From NCBI GenBank assembly GCA_964016885.1, contig OZ024754.1, forward strand, positions 19,034,001-19,098,000: 64,000 nt of DNA, given 5' to 3'. The notes beneath the pieces are model-generated. The model made no database searches, was not told the DNA's origin, and saw nothing but the letters and a program-made list of their open reading frames with translations. A program made the position numbers and the translations under genes. Shown piece by piece: positions 1 through 12,900 of this stretch. The stretch's first letter is position 1. Each line of letters opens with the position of its first letter. The DNA comes from Eledone cirrhosa. Its lineage: Eukaryota.

Positions 1-2455
1 GCGCTCCATCTTGGTGAGGGTTTCCCTTGGGCAGGGCACTACGGTCAGGCGGTAGTAGATGACGGACGCTATATAAGTGTTCGCCACCTCCACCGGACCT
101 TTCGGGGACAGTTTGCACTCGGCCCACTTCTGGGTCAGTGCAAACACCCTGTTCGTTACCTCACCCCAGTTCTTCTCCACCTGGAGGTCTGGTCCGAACC
201 AGACCCCGAGCAACTTCACCGGGCCCTCCGTCCAGCGCCCGACGACGCCATTGGAGGGCATCGATCTGCTCCTCAACGTGCCGAGTTGCAGACCGATCGA
301 CTTGTCCCGGTTCAGTTTAGCCCCTGTAAACCTTTCGTACTCCTCCAGTAAGGTGCCGACCGCCCCGATTTCCGAGGCCGTCGACACCATTACTGTTACG
401 TCATCGGCGTAGGCCGACGCCGCTTTCCGCAATCACGGTTCCAACGGGATGCTCTGCAGCAACTCCAACTTCCGCAGCAGTGGCTCAAGAGTCATTACAT
501 ACAGAAGGGACGAGAGAGGGCACCCTTGTCGGATGGACCGCGCGATTTCGAACGGCTCCGAGAGGTAGCCGTTCACCTTGACCCTAGAACAGGTGCGGCT
601 GCTGTGCATGGCATTGATCCAGCCCCTGAAAACGGGTCCGAAGCCTGCCGCCGCTAGCACCGCATCCAGGTAACCATGGTCGACCCTATCGAACGCCTTA
701 GATTAATCCAAGTTGATCAGGGCCCCACCAAAGCCGGGTTCGTTCCCAACCCTCTTTATGATGTATCGCATGAGGTGGAGGTTGTCGTGGATGGACCTGG
801 ACGGGATAGCACATGTCTGCGCATCTCCCACCAGGTTGCCCATGACAAGCGCCAACCTCTTTACTAGCACCTTGGCCAAAATCTGTAACTCTGTATTTAG
901 CAGAGTTATGGGCCTGAAATTATTTATATCGTCCCCCTTGTTCTCGTCCTTCCTCACTAGCGTGACTACGCCCTTGGTCACAGCACAGGGAATTCTCCCG
1001 TTCTGTTGCGAGTTCCAGTAGACCGCCTCGAGGAGATCGGGGAACAAGTCCGGCATAGTTAGATATAGTTCGTATGGAAGACCATCGAGACCCGGGGATT
1101 TGCGTTTGCCGCATTGGCTCAGCACGTCCTCTATCTCAGCGGCTGAAATCGGCTCCTCGCAGGACTTCGCCTCCCTGTCCGAGAGACGCGGCAGGCCGTC
1201 TAGGTATGGACCGAAGTCCACTTCCCCAACTGGCTCCCCGCCCCTTCCGAACAATCTGGCAAAGTGCTTTTAAAAAGCCTCACACATCTGCTTAGGCTCA
1301 AGGATCACCCGTCCATCCTGGTCTCGCAAAGACCGGATAGTGGATCTACTCCCTCTTTTGGCTTCTGTCACGCGGGCCCAGCTAACAGCTTTGGTCGCCT
1401 CGTTTCCCAGAGCACTTATTTTGCTTCGGATGATGCAGCTTTCGTGTTTCGCGTCGAAGAACTGGTCCAGGGCCGTTCTCGACGCTAGCACTCTGGCCAC
1501 GTCGCCGCTTCTAATTGCCTCTTCTACACTATCTACCAACTCCCTTTTCTTCCTATTTCTATTTGAGGCTAACTCCTTACTAAATTCTATCGAGACTAAT
1601 CTAATCTCTCTTTTGAGAGATCCCACCACCTGCTGTTGACGATGGCGCCCGTCAACCGCTCCTTAACTAAAGTGCTAATCCGGTCCCTGTAAGCCTTACT
1701 TGCCGGTAAGGACAAGTTGAGCTTCCAGTAACCGGGTCCTTGTCTATGCGTTCTGTCAAGGTTGACCATGCAGGTCACTAACTTGTGGTCTGAATAGCCA
1801 ACCATGCGCATTTTTGGACAACTTAAAAAGTCCCTATCCTTATTTCTAACTAAGAACCTATCTAGGTACGACCTAGATGATCCGTTGCGGTTTGCCCAAG
1901 TACAGGTTGGCGCAGTCAGAAAATCTAGTCGATATCTATCGGCCAGGTCAAATCGACCGATTAACCCTTTGAGGCTATTACACCCCTCTCTATCGGGACA
2001 GGCCCCTACGTAGTCCCAGCGTGCATCTAGGATAATATTCCAGTCCCCCACTAATAGCAAGGAGCTAGAAAAGTCTCCAGACGATGGAAGAAGTCCGGCC
2101 GCATTGACCCGAAAGGGCCGTAGACGGCTACCAACCTAAACGCTCCGCCTTCACCACTGCCAAGGTCCAGAACCACTAGTCGACCCTCCGGGTCCAAATG
2201 TACCGTCTGTGTTGCGAGACCCAGATGTTTTTGCAGCAGAACGACAACCCCACCTCCACCTCCGGGCTGACAGAGAGATGCGTGCATCTCAAAGTCATCA
2301 AAGGTGAGGGCCAGCTGTCGCACGTTGCTGATCCGGACCTCGCAAATAACCATCACATCTATACGTTGTGACCTGAGGTCATTTAGAAGCATTGCTTGCT
2401 TCCAAGTTGAGCCCAGGCTACGCGCATTTAGACAGCCTACTCTTAGCATAGCCAT
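1..2455 (-). pseudogene. ORF2 (APE endonuclease + reverse transcriptase) of copy A, frameshifted
   Basis: ATG at 2455 (caccaacATGgct). ORF pieces 2051-2479, 1596-2060, 1270-1629, 703-1254 and 433-660 tile EN-linker-RT in different frames. Confidence 0.9.
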
Positions 2456-3192
2456 GTTGGTGGTGAAGAGAAAAGGCACTTACCTCTCTGCGTTCCGGGT
2501 ATCGGGCTGCACAATTATGTACATTATGTATTTTTTGGCATCTGCCAGTAGCTCCTTCGCTTTGGTTATATCTACTGGCAGATAGTCGAGGGTTTTCCTT
2601 GCCGTCTGGGCGAAGGAGACATTTTCCTTGTTTGTGTTGCTGTTGTAGTTGGTGGTGTTGTTGTTATCATTGTTGTTGTTATCACAGTTATTGGTCTTGT
2701 TGTTGTTGTTATTGTTATTGTTGTTGGTGTTGTTTTCGTTCGTAGCATTGTTGTTGTTGTTGTCGCTGGTGCCGCTGTTGTGTTGGTTTTGTTCATTGTT
2801 TCACACTTTTGCTGGTGACGCTGGTTTTTTGGTTTGTTGCCATGGCAACGTCAAGTTGTCGGTCAGCAGGTGGAGAAAATCCTTCCTCTGGCTGATCTTT
2901 GTCTTTGACATTTGTTACTATGACAGTGGCGGGGGGAAGCTGTAAGCATATCTTCCCCTTTCCTCCTTCGAATGTTGGTGCCATTTAAAAAGAAATGTTA
3001 GCTTTTCAAAAAAAAACTTTTTGTTAACTATTTCGCCTAAAGGCGTAGAATATTTTGAGAGACTGACGAGATCAAAATTTGACCTGGGAGTCCCACAACA
3101 AAATGGTACAAAAATGAAAGTTTACAGTCAAGAATTTCTATAGAAATTTAAGCAGAACTTACTCAGTAAGTTTCACGCGTGTGTCCATCCCA
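1..3192 (-). mobile_element. Tx1/L1-clade non-LTR retrotransposon, copy A (3' end runs off window; decayed)
   Basis: Minus-strand fragments give APE endonuclease (LRVGCLNARSL, LVAVYGP, GDWNIILD, SYLDRFLV, YSDHKLV) and RT (KSPGLDGLPYE, NFRPITLLNTELQILAK, LINLD, SIRQGCPLSSLLY, AYADDVTV), preceded by a low-complexity ORF1 remnant. 5' end abuts (GATA)n at ~3193. Confidence 0.93.
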
Positions 3193-3235
3193 ATAGATAG
3201 GTAGGTAGATAGATAGATAGATAGATACATAGATG

Positions 3236-3269
<34 letters not shown>

Positions 3270-3448
3270 AGAAGAAGAAGAAGAAGAAGAAGAAGAAGAA
3301 GAAGAAGAAGAAGAAGAAGAAGAAGAAGAAGAAGAAGAAGAAGAAGAAGAAGAAGAAGAAGAAGAAGAAGAAGAAGAAGAAGAAGAAGAAGAAGAAGAAG
3401 AAGAAGAAGAAGAAGAAGAAGAAGAAGAAGAAGAAGAAGAAGAAGAAG
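3193..3448. repeat. (GATA)n followed by a pure (GAA)n tract of about 60 units
   Basis: Read directly. Confidence 0.98.
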
Positions 3449-4470
3449 ATCATTATTGTGGCTTAGGTGTAATAAATCTACAATGAGAAGATGTCTTAAT
3501 AAATGGAGGTTAAGTACCAGGTTGATAAGAAGTAAAAAATAAAATAAAATAAACTAATAAAGTAGATTTTTACTTGGGTGTTCCAATTCCGATATAGTGA
3601 AAACATTTGGTTATTGGACTAACTTATAAATTGCTGTATTGTTAACCTAAGAAATCAGTATTTAGTAAACCTTAATAGATAAATTAGTAATATTTAATAA
3701 TACCCAATTTGGAAGGCGTATCCTGTGTCCTACTCGGGGTTATATGTGCATATACAAATATATATATAGACACACACACATACACACATATATACATATA
3801 TATACAAATATATATATATACATACATTCATAAACAAACCTATACGTACACACACACACACACATATATATATACATACACATGCACATACATACATGCA
3901 TACACGCAGCATGAGAAACATCTATTTCATAAGTTAACTACAGAATACAGATTAGTAATGGAGCTTGGATATAGGAAGAATTTAGTGCTAAATGTATAGG
4001 TTGTTTGGGTTAATTCCTAAGACAAATTACAGGTGAATTGTAACGCATACTTTGGAAGAATTATTGAATAAGATAAAGAGAAATTTGGAGTAACATAAGG
4101 AAAAGTTTAGGGCTAAAAAGTTATCCCAGGCTGGGAGCTATTAATGCATGGTAATTAAAGATGGATTCAGATTTCTAATTTGTATACTGCTTTTGATTAT
4201 TCACAAGGGTTTTGATAGAAGTATGTGACTCTCATTAAGTCAATTTAATTATGTAGAATTTAACTTAATTTGATTAGTTTGGGAGTTCATATTATTATTG
4301 AAATGAGGAAGTATAGTATCAGCTTTACAAGGAACAGATTTTTTTCAGATACAAGTTAATTTTCGGTCATCGTTTATTCTATATGTAAACTAACCTGTTA
4401 GGAATAAATTATATAGATTAATGTCTTAGTTACTTGAAGAAACTAGGTAGGACTAAATTGATTTCAGGTA

Positions 4471-5470
4471 TTATGTGGGTTTATAATATTTAAAAGTTTT
4501 GAGGATTTTATGGTTACATGATATAATTAATTCCTGCTTTTTATTTAGCAACCTATCTTTGGATTTCATTATTTGGAAGAGCTCTTGATAACACAATTGG
4601 CACTCCCTTCTTTCGCCTAGGTACGAGTTAGTTCTTTTAAGGACATTCCAGTCTAGTTTGTATGGCATATTTTTTCTTTTAAAATTGATAATAGTTTCTG
4701 CTAACGAACTGGTGTTTGGTAATTTAATATTCTTAAAAGAATGTGTATGTCAATAGAACCTTTTCTTGAACGAGTTAGAGGTAGCTCCTATGTATGATTG
4801 CGTAGAGTCCTTAGAAATTTACCTTACATTTATACACTATACTTGTAACTAAGCAATTGCCATTAAGGGGGCTGTTGGTTTTAATCCCACAGCTGCATCC
4901 ATTTGTTTGGGATTTGTTGCGTAATTTACTATTATTGTTTATGTTATTTCTATTATCATTGTTACTTACACAATGGGATCGTCGGTTATATTGGTGCTCA
5001 CTTAGTTGGTAGTGCGATTACATGAGGATGATAATGTAGGTATAGAATTGTAAGGTATTTAGTTTGTTTGTATTAGATTAATTACCTGACCCAGGGTAGT
5101 GGGTGCCACGCCGGTTGCAGGTCTGCAGTTAGTATTATTGGATGTGTTTTGGTTTACATTGTGAGTAATTTTAGGTGTAAGATTAGTTCTGTATACTTGG
5201 GTTATTTATGGGTGTGTCCTCAGCTAACTTGCATTTATAGAGATTCAAAGCACTTATTTTCTGCTGTAGATTAGCAGATGTATAATATAAAAGTTTAACG
5301 GTAAAACAGTTAAGGATTTGGTGATATTTATGGTTAGGTGGGAAGTATTTCTCTAGGATTGCTAACAAATTTCTAAGTACTTGTCCCTTGGTCTGTATGT
5401 TGTATGGTGCATTATACCAAGTGATTTTTTTTTTATGGCGTCTATTTCTAGTTTTATCCCTATTTCTATT
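4471..5470 (-). pseudogene. Penelope-like GIY-YIG endonuclease relic with no RT upstream
   Basis: Manual translation: RRHKKKITWYNAPYNIQTKGQVLRNLLAILEKYFPPNHKYHQILN...; a CSC...PL.GNCL...VYKCKV...YIGATSNSFKKRFY motif near 4750-4900; C-terminus CQLCYQELFQI...LLNKKQELIISCNHK. Stops and frameshifts present. Confidence 0.85.
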
Positions 5471-6397
5471 GTTAATCTCAAACTGATGAGTGGTATCGGT
5501 GCTATTAGAGGAGTTGGGGGGAGTACTATACCTATGTAGCGACTAGCGCCACCTTGCTCGGGGAGAAAAAATTAATTGGAGTTACTTCCCGTTGAATTCT
5601 AGAAGATTTCTTGAACTTCCGGTCTAGGGATTATAAAGGAGGGAGAAAAGAGACATCTTAGCTTATTTGGCGACCGGCTCTCGGACAGTTCACTCACGAG
5701 CGAGTTTGTTAACCTTATTATATCTGTATCGAATTTAATTAGTGGTTGGCCTGCAGTGGCGTTTACCAAAGTAAATAACCCTGTGACCAATTCACTAAAC
5801 CTATTACTACTGTTTGTATGCTATGTAACAGGATTGGTCTTGGCATTATTATGCAATTCTTGAGTATTATATTGTTTAGCCAAGCCTGTACATCTGCCTA
5901 TTGTAGCATGTAGAGTATGTGTGCGGGCATGTATATTTGTGCGTGTACGGGTGAGTATACGTGGATGTCTGTTTGTGGGTATGTACTAAATGTTTCAAAT
6001 ATCAATTATAATGTTTAACATTTATTAATTTTTAATCTTTAACACTTATAAATTCTTACAGGTTTAGGTTTTAACACCTCCAGTTGTAATTCTAACATCT
6101 ACTACCGCTAACACTCACACCCCCAGTTGTATCCATATCGGGTTACACGCTAGAATAATACCGCAAGATGGTCGCCACCTGCCTACACCACTGCTACTAT
6201 AGTAAATAGGTCAACTACACCAAAACACCCCTACTTCCAGATATTAGGACTGATTGTTAAATTCAACTATGGCAGGCTGACATGCTTCAAGGACAACTGA
6301 CCTGTCACGATGTTATCTGACCAATGAGAAGATGCCAGAGTCCGTTCATTTTACTTCATATGCCACCAGTTCTTTGAATTAACAACACCACTTTCCC

Positions 6398-7630
6398 GAT
6401 CTGGGTATATCAATGAATTAACAAGGTAAACTCTATTCCACCATTATGTTTCCCTGTTTTTTTCTGTTCAAGTTCTAGCTGCATGATGAGGTCATAACAA
6501 TTGAATTATGGCTATCACCTAAATATATATATAATATGCTAACAGACCTGCTCACACCACTACCACTACATGGAAATAGGTCAACTGGACCATAATATAT
6601 ATGCAGTTAAAAGCAACCCCAACAGGCTGACCTAAGAAAACTGACCGCAGAATGTTAATAGACTCTCGGCTGGGGTGTTGATATGATATCTGACCAATGA
6701 GGTGAACGTATTGATTTATAATGAACGTATTCTAATGATTTAGAATATGTTCATTCTAAATCTGTTAGACACGCAGTGACTAACAACAGAATGTTTTAAG
6801 TCTGCGTGTCTGACATGACATACATGCGTAGCTTGTGAATAAAAAAATTCAAGGGTTATAGCTGGCCGTGGTGATGCCTCCCAAACATCTTTTGTAATGT
6901 ATCGTCTTATTGGCTAATTTCATCATCTTATTGGCTAATTTCATCATCTTATTGGCTAATCAACCAACGAGAGTAATTGTTGCTCAAAAGCATCCGCCAC
7001 TTTGTTTCCACGTTTATTTATCGTTTCGCTTTCGAATCTTCTTCCAGTATTTCGTCGTTTTATCATCAAAATATTTTTCTCGTTTTCGTAAGTTATATTG
7101 TTAATTTATTTATGATTTTTAAAATTTATATTAACTATTAAAAGTCTGAAAATATTTTTATACATTTTACAATAATATTTATAAGATCATTTATAATATA
7201 GAATTCGGTTTAAGTGCATTTCGTATTAGTCATTACTAAACATCTAATATGAGATATTGAACATTAGCTTAAATAATTATCGTGTCGTCTTGAGTTGGTT
7301 ATGAGTCTCTTTTTTATAAAAGGATGCCACAGAGTGTACGATAGATAATGATTACAATATTTTTGAGCAACAACTTTAGTCCCACACTTTTGAAGGTTTA
7401 TTATAACATTCTGTGGCTCTTTTGAGCTTGCGCATTTTTCAGGTCTAGTCATATACTTTCAGTTCCTTAGAGGATTAACACCATACTCTGGATCTGAACA
7501 TATCAACGAATTAACAAGGTAAAATCTGTTCCAACATTATGTTTTCTTGTTTTTTTTCTGTTCAAGTTCTAACTGCCTTATGAGGTCATAGCTGTTGAAT
7601 AATGGCTATCACTGAAATATATATAGCAGC
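6398..7630 (+). repeat. Two diverged direct copies of a ~135-bp repeat (6398-6535 and 7491-7630)
   Basis: Both read gatctg..atatcaa.gaattaacaaggtaaa.tct.ttcca.cattatgttt...ctgttcaagttcta.ctgc.t.atgaggtcata...tggctatcac and end in a TA run. Confidence 0.85.
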
Positions 7631-7763
7631 GAATATGAATAAACGTTAATCTTAACCTGTTGACTTACACTTTTTGTTTTTACATTACTCCGGAGTAAAC
7701 AGACCCACCTGCGCACTTCGTTGAGTGCTCCAACCGGCATACTGAAGTGTCGGTAAACAACAG

Positions 7764-7898
7764 GATCCGCTAAGGTGAAACAATTGTTCTCGGTATGGTG
7801 AACTAACTGTTGTGTAACCACTTCTAGCTAACTCGTCCCATGGACTGAATTCTCTACCACTACGGATATTACCTTCCCGTGTTCTACCACTACATATA
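7764..7898 (+). mobile_element. 5'-truncated copy of the short hammerhead-bearing repeat also at 62463-62612
   Basis: gatccgc.aaggtgaaacaattgttctcggtatggtgaactaactgttgtgtaaccacttcta...ctaccactacggatattaccttcc is shared with 62478-62605. The CTGAAGA core half is missing here. Confidence 0.85.
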
Positions 7899-9114
7899 TC
7901 CCGGTGACAGTGACCACTGTAGCCTACTTGAATTATTCCCCTACTATAAATTCAACAAAGGCGACGGCCTACTACCAACGCATTCCAACCAACATCTTCC
8001 TATACATATACATAGCAGAAGGAGGAAGAGTACACCCGAGCATAAAACGAAAGGGACACGTAACGGGCTACAGCGCATTAACATGCATAAGAACGGTCAC
8101 CTTGATAGCACTACCTGTAGCAAACGTACTAAGACACGTAATCGCCACCGTAACGTCCTATGGTTCCATCCTCCCTATTCTCGGAGTGTGGCCTCCGACA
8201 TACCCCGGATATTCTTCGAAGCCTTAGAGAAGAACCCCCCCCTCCCCCCCAACCATAGGTATAGGAAAATCCTTAATAGGGACAATATAAAAATATCCTT
8301 CTCTACTACTCCTAACCTAGCAGACATCATAGGCACAACAAACCACAGTAAGATCACCAAGACAGAGCACCTTAGCACAGACACACCTACACCTGACAAC
8401 AACTATATCGGCCTTAACGACTCCCTAGCAGCATCCACTAGTGCTGGCAACAGCCTCTACAGACGCAACCAACATAATCACGATATGACTGGGGAATATG
8501 CAGGCGACCCGCACGGGTCACCTGGAGGCAACGGAAGACGCTGCTGCGTGCGGAATAATAATAGTACCACCCCGCACACAGTGGGTTATAATGGTGCTAA
8601 TGACAGGTGTGGGAGCGTAGGTAACAACGTAGATAGCAATAATAATAGCCTTACCGTGGGAACTAGAAGGGACCGCGACCGAAATTGCAACTGCCGAGAC
8701 AGGGGACGCTGCCCCCTTAGGGGAAACTGCTTGACTGATAGGGTTATATATAGGTGCACCGTAACTAGCCATAATAGCGCTAAACATTATATAGGGACTA
8801 CCTCTGGCCCGTTCAAAATTAGATTTGGAACACATCTCCACTCTTTCGCAAATAAGAAACTAAGACACTCCACTTCGCTCGCGAACTACATCACAGCATT
8901 AAAATACTTAAACATCAGCTTCTCCACGTACTGGGAAATTGTCGGCAGGGCTGCACCGAACAACTTCAAGAGGAAGTGCGAGCTTTGCCACATGGAGCTC
9001 TACCACATCATAACGGTACCCCACGAGCTCATCAACAGCAGAGCTGAAACGACGATAAGCTGTACACACCGCTTAAAAATATCCTACTTCAGATGGAATA
9101 AGAACGAGGAGTGA
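7879..9114 (+). CDS. Penelope-like GIY-YIG endonuclease protein without RT (first in-frame ATG at 8083, 343 aa)
   Basis: Uninterrupted ORF. Has RHRNVLWFHPPYS...ILNRDNIKISFSTTPNLADII (segment that normally follows the PLE RT thumb), an N/T/G-rich insert, then CNCRDRGRCPLRGNCLTDRVIYRCTV...HYIGTTSGPFKIRFGTHLHSF...WEIV...CELCHMEL...LINSRAE...CTHR. Confidence 0.85.
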   Translation: MFYHYIYPGDSDHCSLLELFPYYKFNKGDGLLPTHSNQHLPIHIHSRRRKSTPEHKTKGTRNGLQRINMHKNGHLDSTTCSKRTKTRNRHRNVLWFHPPYSRSVASDIPRIFFEALEKNPPLPPNHRYRKILNRDNIKISFSTTPNLADIIGTTNHSKITKTEHLSTDTPTPDNNYIGLNDSLAASTSAGNSLYRRNQHNHDMTGEYAGDPHGSPGGNGRRCCVRNNNSTTPHTVGYNGANDRCGSVGNNVDSNNNSLTVGTRRDRDRNCNCRDRGRCPLRGNCLTDRVIYRCTVTSHNSAKHYIGTTSGPFKIRFGTHLHSFANKKLRHSTSLANYITALKYLNISFSTYWEIVGRAAPNNFKRKCELCHMELYHIITVPHELINSRAETTISCTHRLKISYFRWNKNEE

Positions 9115-9241
9115 AACCGTAAACCGGGTCTCCGTAAACCGGGCTGCTAAAAACATCCGGAAACTAACCATACATCCCAGACCCGGTATGAATCGACCCA
9201 GGCGGGCAGGCGCAGCAAACAGACGTCTCTAAACAAACGTT

Positions 9242-9279
9242 GCATACCTGACCCATTCGGGCGAAACGTACGTAGGTGC
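9242..9279 (+). ncRNA. Degenerate minimal hammerhead (core apparently deleted for TGAG)
   Basis: gcatac-CTGA-cccattcgggc-GAAAC-gtac-GTA-ggtgc. Restoring TGAG gives CUGAUGA + GCCC/GGGC stem II; stem III is the palindrome acgtacgt. Confidence 0.55.
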
Positions 9280-9683
9280 TATTTTAAATAAACATGTTTT
9301 AACGGTCTGTTCTCCTATATTTTACTTCTCCACGTGCTTACGCTCTGCTAATTCTCTCGCCCACTAGATATTAACACTTCTAATATTTAACACTGCCGGC
9401 ACTAGTATTGAGCACCCTCTGCATTCGCTATTTGGCAAATAACTACATGTATCACCTATCACTCCTTTTCTCTCTCTCGATACGTAATATTATATATATA
9501 TATATATATATATGTTGTTATATAGTAAGGTGTACTATTGGTTGTGTCAAACGGTCCAATAAATTTTTGTTAGCAGTATTAAGTTCTCTACGCTTTTGTA
9601 TATCTCCAATTCCATTTATGGGAACAGCTAGATGATGTAAAACGGAGTTTTTGTATCAAAATAAAGATACAAACACTCCGTTT

Positions 9684-9757
9684 TCACCTGACGAGATCAG
9701 TGATAATCGATCATGGCTACACGATCGATCTATCTCTTATTGAAAGATGTCTCGTGA
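9684..9757 (+). ncRNA. Type-I hammerhead ribozyme candidate at the 3' end of the GIY-YIG element
   Basis: tcac-CTGACGA-[stem II gat..gata.atcgatc/gatcgat.tatc..att]-GAAA-gatgtc-TC-gtga. 4-bp stem I, CUC cleavage triplet. (TA)n starts at ~9805. Confidence 0.6.
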
Positions 9758-9801
9758 TTAAAATGATTGGAAATTTATACCATGCCTTCAGATCTTTATT
9801 T

Positions 9802-9989
<188 letters not shown>

Positions 9990-9990
<1 letters not shown>

Positions 9991-12900
9991 ATCTTTTTTT
10001 GTCACAGGGGCGTTCAAAAATGGTACATTACAAGACGTGACGGCGGGGGTTTTACATAAATAACAATAAACTATATATAAAATAAAACAATCGAAATCCC
10101 CAACAGGGGTGATGTTCCTGCGGGGTTGTTTTACATCACGTGGATAGAGCAACCCTCAACACCAGGAACACGTTTTGTAGGTGTTCCCGTCTTCCCTCTG
10201 TTTATCTTCCTCAACCTACAGGTTTATATACAGAGAAGGCCATTTTCGCCACATTCAGCCACCTTTCAGAGAATTTACTGGGGTGTAGCACCTCTCTCTC
10301 CACTCTCACTTTCCTTCTGAAGTGGTACTTAAAGAAGGGAATGAGTTGTCCTTTTAACCTCGTCCACCAATTTACTTCTTTCGCCATAGCCACCAGACAT
10401 AGGAAAACCGCCTCGCCTTCATTCTTAAATGAAGGCGGCGAGGTGATCCTTACGATGGACTTGCCTGACAACTGGATGCGTCCCACACGTGACAGTAGCT
10501 GTTCGACATAATTCCACAGGTCGGTCACCCCTGGACACTGAACAATTGCGTGCAGAACGGTTTCGATGTCCTGCTCGCATCTTGGACAGGTCCTTTTGGC
10601 AGGATCTCTGTAGATGCTTGTAGATTTTGTCTCGATCTGGTAGAGCTCCTCGGTAGCATTGCCAGGCAAGAGACCTCTGGAAGTTATCCATAGGCCTTGG
10701 ACGGAAAGTCCTCCCGAACAGACTGGTCAGTTCGTCCTCCTCGATGTCTAGAGTTTCCCTGAGAACGTCATCGCACTTATCCTCTACTAATACTCTATAG
10801 AATGTCGAAGTGGAGTCTCCGCTGATTGCCGTTTCAGCTTGGTAGAGGGCTATGAACGCTTGAAGGCACTCGAGGTGCAAGCATACATTTTCAGTCTTCG
10901 CTTGACCCAGGACTGCAGCTCTGTTAGTGAGACGAGTTGTGGAAGAGCTCGTCTCACAATCCACAGCCACACCGGTTCGCCGGTCAGGAATACTTGGAGA
11001 TGGCGTAGCCTCAGCGCGTGTTTGCGTATCATCAGCCACGGCATGCCCAGCCCTCCGTTAGAAGGGTGTTGACAGCAGATGGATCTCCTCACCAATGGAG
11101 CCTGTTTCTTCCAGAGGAACTTGAAGAACTTCCATTTTGGTGAGGTGTTCGCGGGGTCAAGGCACGACTGTCAAGTGGTAGTAGATGACGGACGCTATGT
11201 AAGTGTTCGCCATCTCCGCTCGACCTTTCAATGAGAGTTTGCACTCAGCCCACTTCTGGGTAAGTGCAAACACCTTCGCCGTCACCTCGTTCCAGTTCTT
11301 GTCCACTTAGAGGTCTGGACCAAACCAGACCCCGAGCAATTTCACCGGTCCTTCTGTCCAGCGTCCAACGACACTGTCTGAAGGCATGGGTTTGCCTCTC
11401 CATGTGCCGAATTGCAAACCGACAAACTTGTTTGGGTTTAGTCTTGCTCCTGTCAACGTTTCGTATTCCTGTAATAGGTTGCCGATTACCAAGGTTTCCA
11501 AGGTTTTCGACAGCAGCACTGTTACGTCGTCGGCATAGGCCGGCGCTGCTTCCCGCAGGCCTGGTTCGATCGGGATGCCCTGCAACATTTCTAACTTCCG
11601 CAGTAATTGCTCGAGAGTTATTACATACATAATGGAGGAGAGGGGCATCCCTGACGGATGGAACGCCATTTACCTTGACCCTCGAGCAGATGCTGGTGTG
11701 TATGGCAGCGATCCAGCTTCTGAAGACGAGACCGAAGTCAGCTCCCTTGAGAACCGCTTCCAAGTATTGATGGTCGACCCTATCAAATGTCTTAGACTGA
11801 TCTAAATTAATAAGAGCCCCACCGAAGCCAGGTTTACACCCTATCCTCTCTATGATGTATCACATGAGGTGGAGGTTGTCGTGTATGCACACGTTTGCGC
11901 TTCCCCTACCAGGTTCTCAACGACAAGCGCCAGCCTCGTTGCTAACACCTTGGCCAAAATCTTTAACTTTGTGTTGAGCAGCGTTATGGGCCTGAAATTG
12001 CTTATTTCACCCCCCCTTGTTCTCATCCTCCCGTTCTGCTGCCAGTTGCAGTAGACCGCTTCGAGGACGCCAGAGAACAAGTCTGGTATGCCTATGTAAA
12101 ACTCATAGGGTAGACCATCTAAACCGGGTGATTTGCGTTTCCCACAGCGGCCTAGGGCATCTTCTATTTCGCGCGCTCTGATCGGCCTTTCGCAGCTCTC
12201 TGCATCCGTGCTCGAGAGTCGCGGTACGCCGTCGAGGTAGGAACTGAAGTCCATCACCTCGCTCGACGTACCGCTTTACCCGAACAGTTGTGCAAAGTGC
12301 TACTGGAAGGCCGTGCACATCTTCTTGGATTCAAGTAGAATGCGTCCATCTTTGTCTTGCAAAGACCGAATTGTGGATTTGTTGCCACTTTTCGTCTCTA
12401 CCACTCGAGCCCAGCTAACAGCTTTGGCTCCCTCGTTTCTTAGAGCACGTGTTTCACGATGAAGAACTGGTCTAGTGCCGTTCTCACCGCTAACACATCA
12501 GATGTACTGCCATTCCTAAGTGCCTCTTCTACTTTTGCTACCAGTTCCTTTTCAGTTTTTTTTTCTAAAGCTAAATGCTGTCTATTCTAATTGCTCTCTT
12601 GAGAGTACTCCACCACCTTTTATTGACGATGGCCCCTGTCAACTGGCACTTAACTAAGGTGCTAATCCGTTTACTGTAGGCCTTACGCGCCGGGAACGAC
12701 ATGTTTAGCTTCCAGTATCCGGTACCTGTCTATGTGTTCTATCAAGGTTGACTATGCAGGTGACTAATTTGTGGCCTGAATAGGCAATCATGTGCATTTG
12801 TGGACAGCTTAATGGTTCCTTATCATTCTGTCTAATTAGAAATCTATCTAAATACGATCTAGAAGACCCAGTGCGGGTGCTCCACGTCCACAGTGGTGCA

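Noticed and set aside
3062-3125. CTGACGA and CTGATGA motifs at ~3063, ~5483 and ~20936 as hammerheads
   Set aside because: No matching stem II/GAAA/NUH with stem I pairing could be built.
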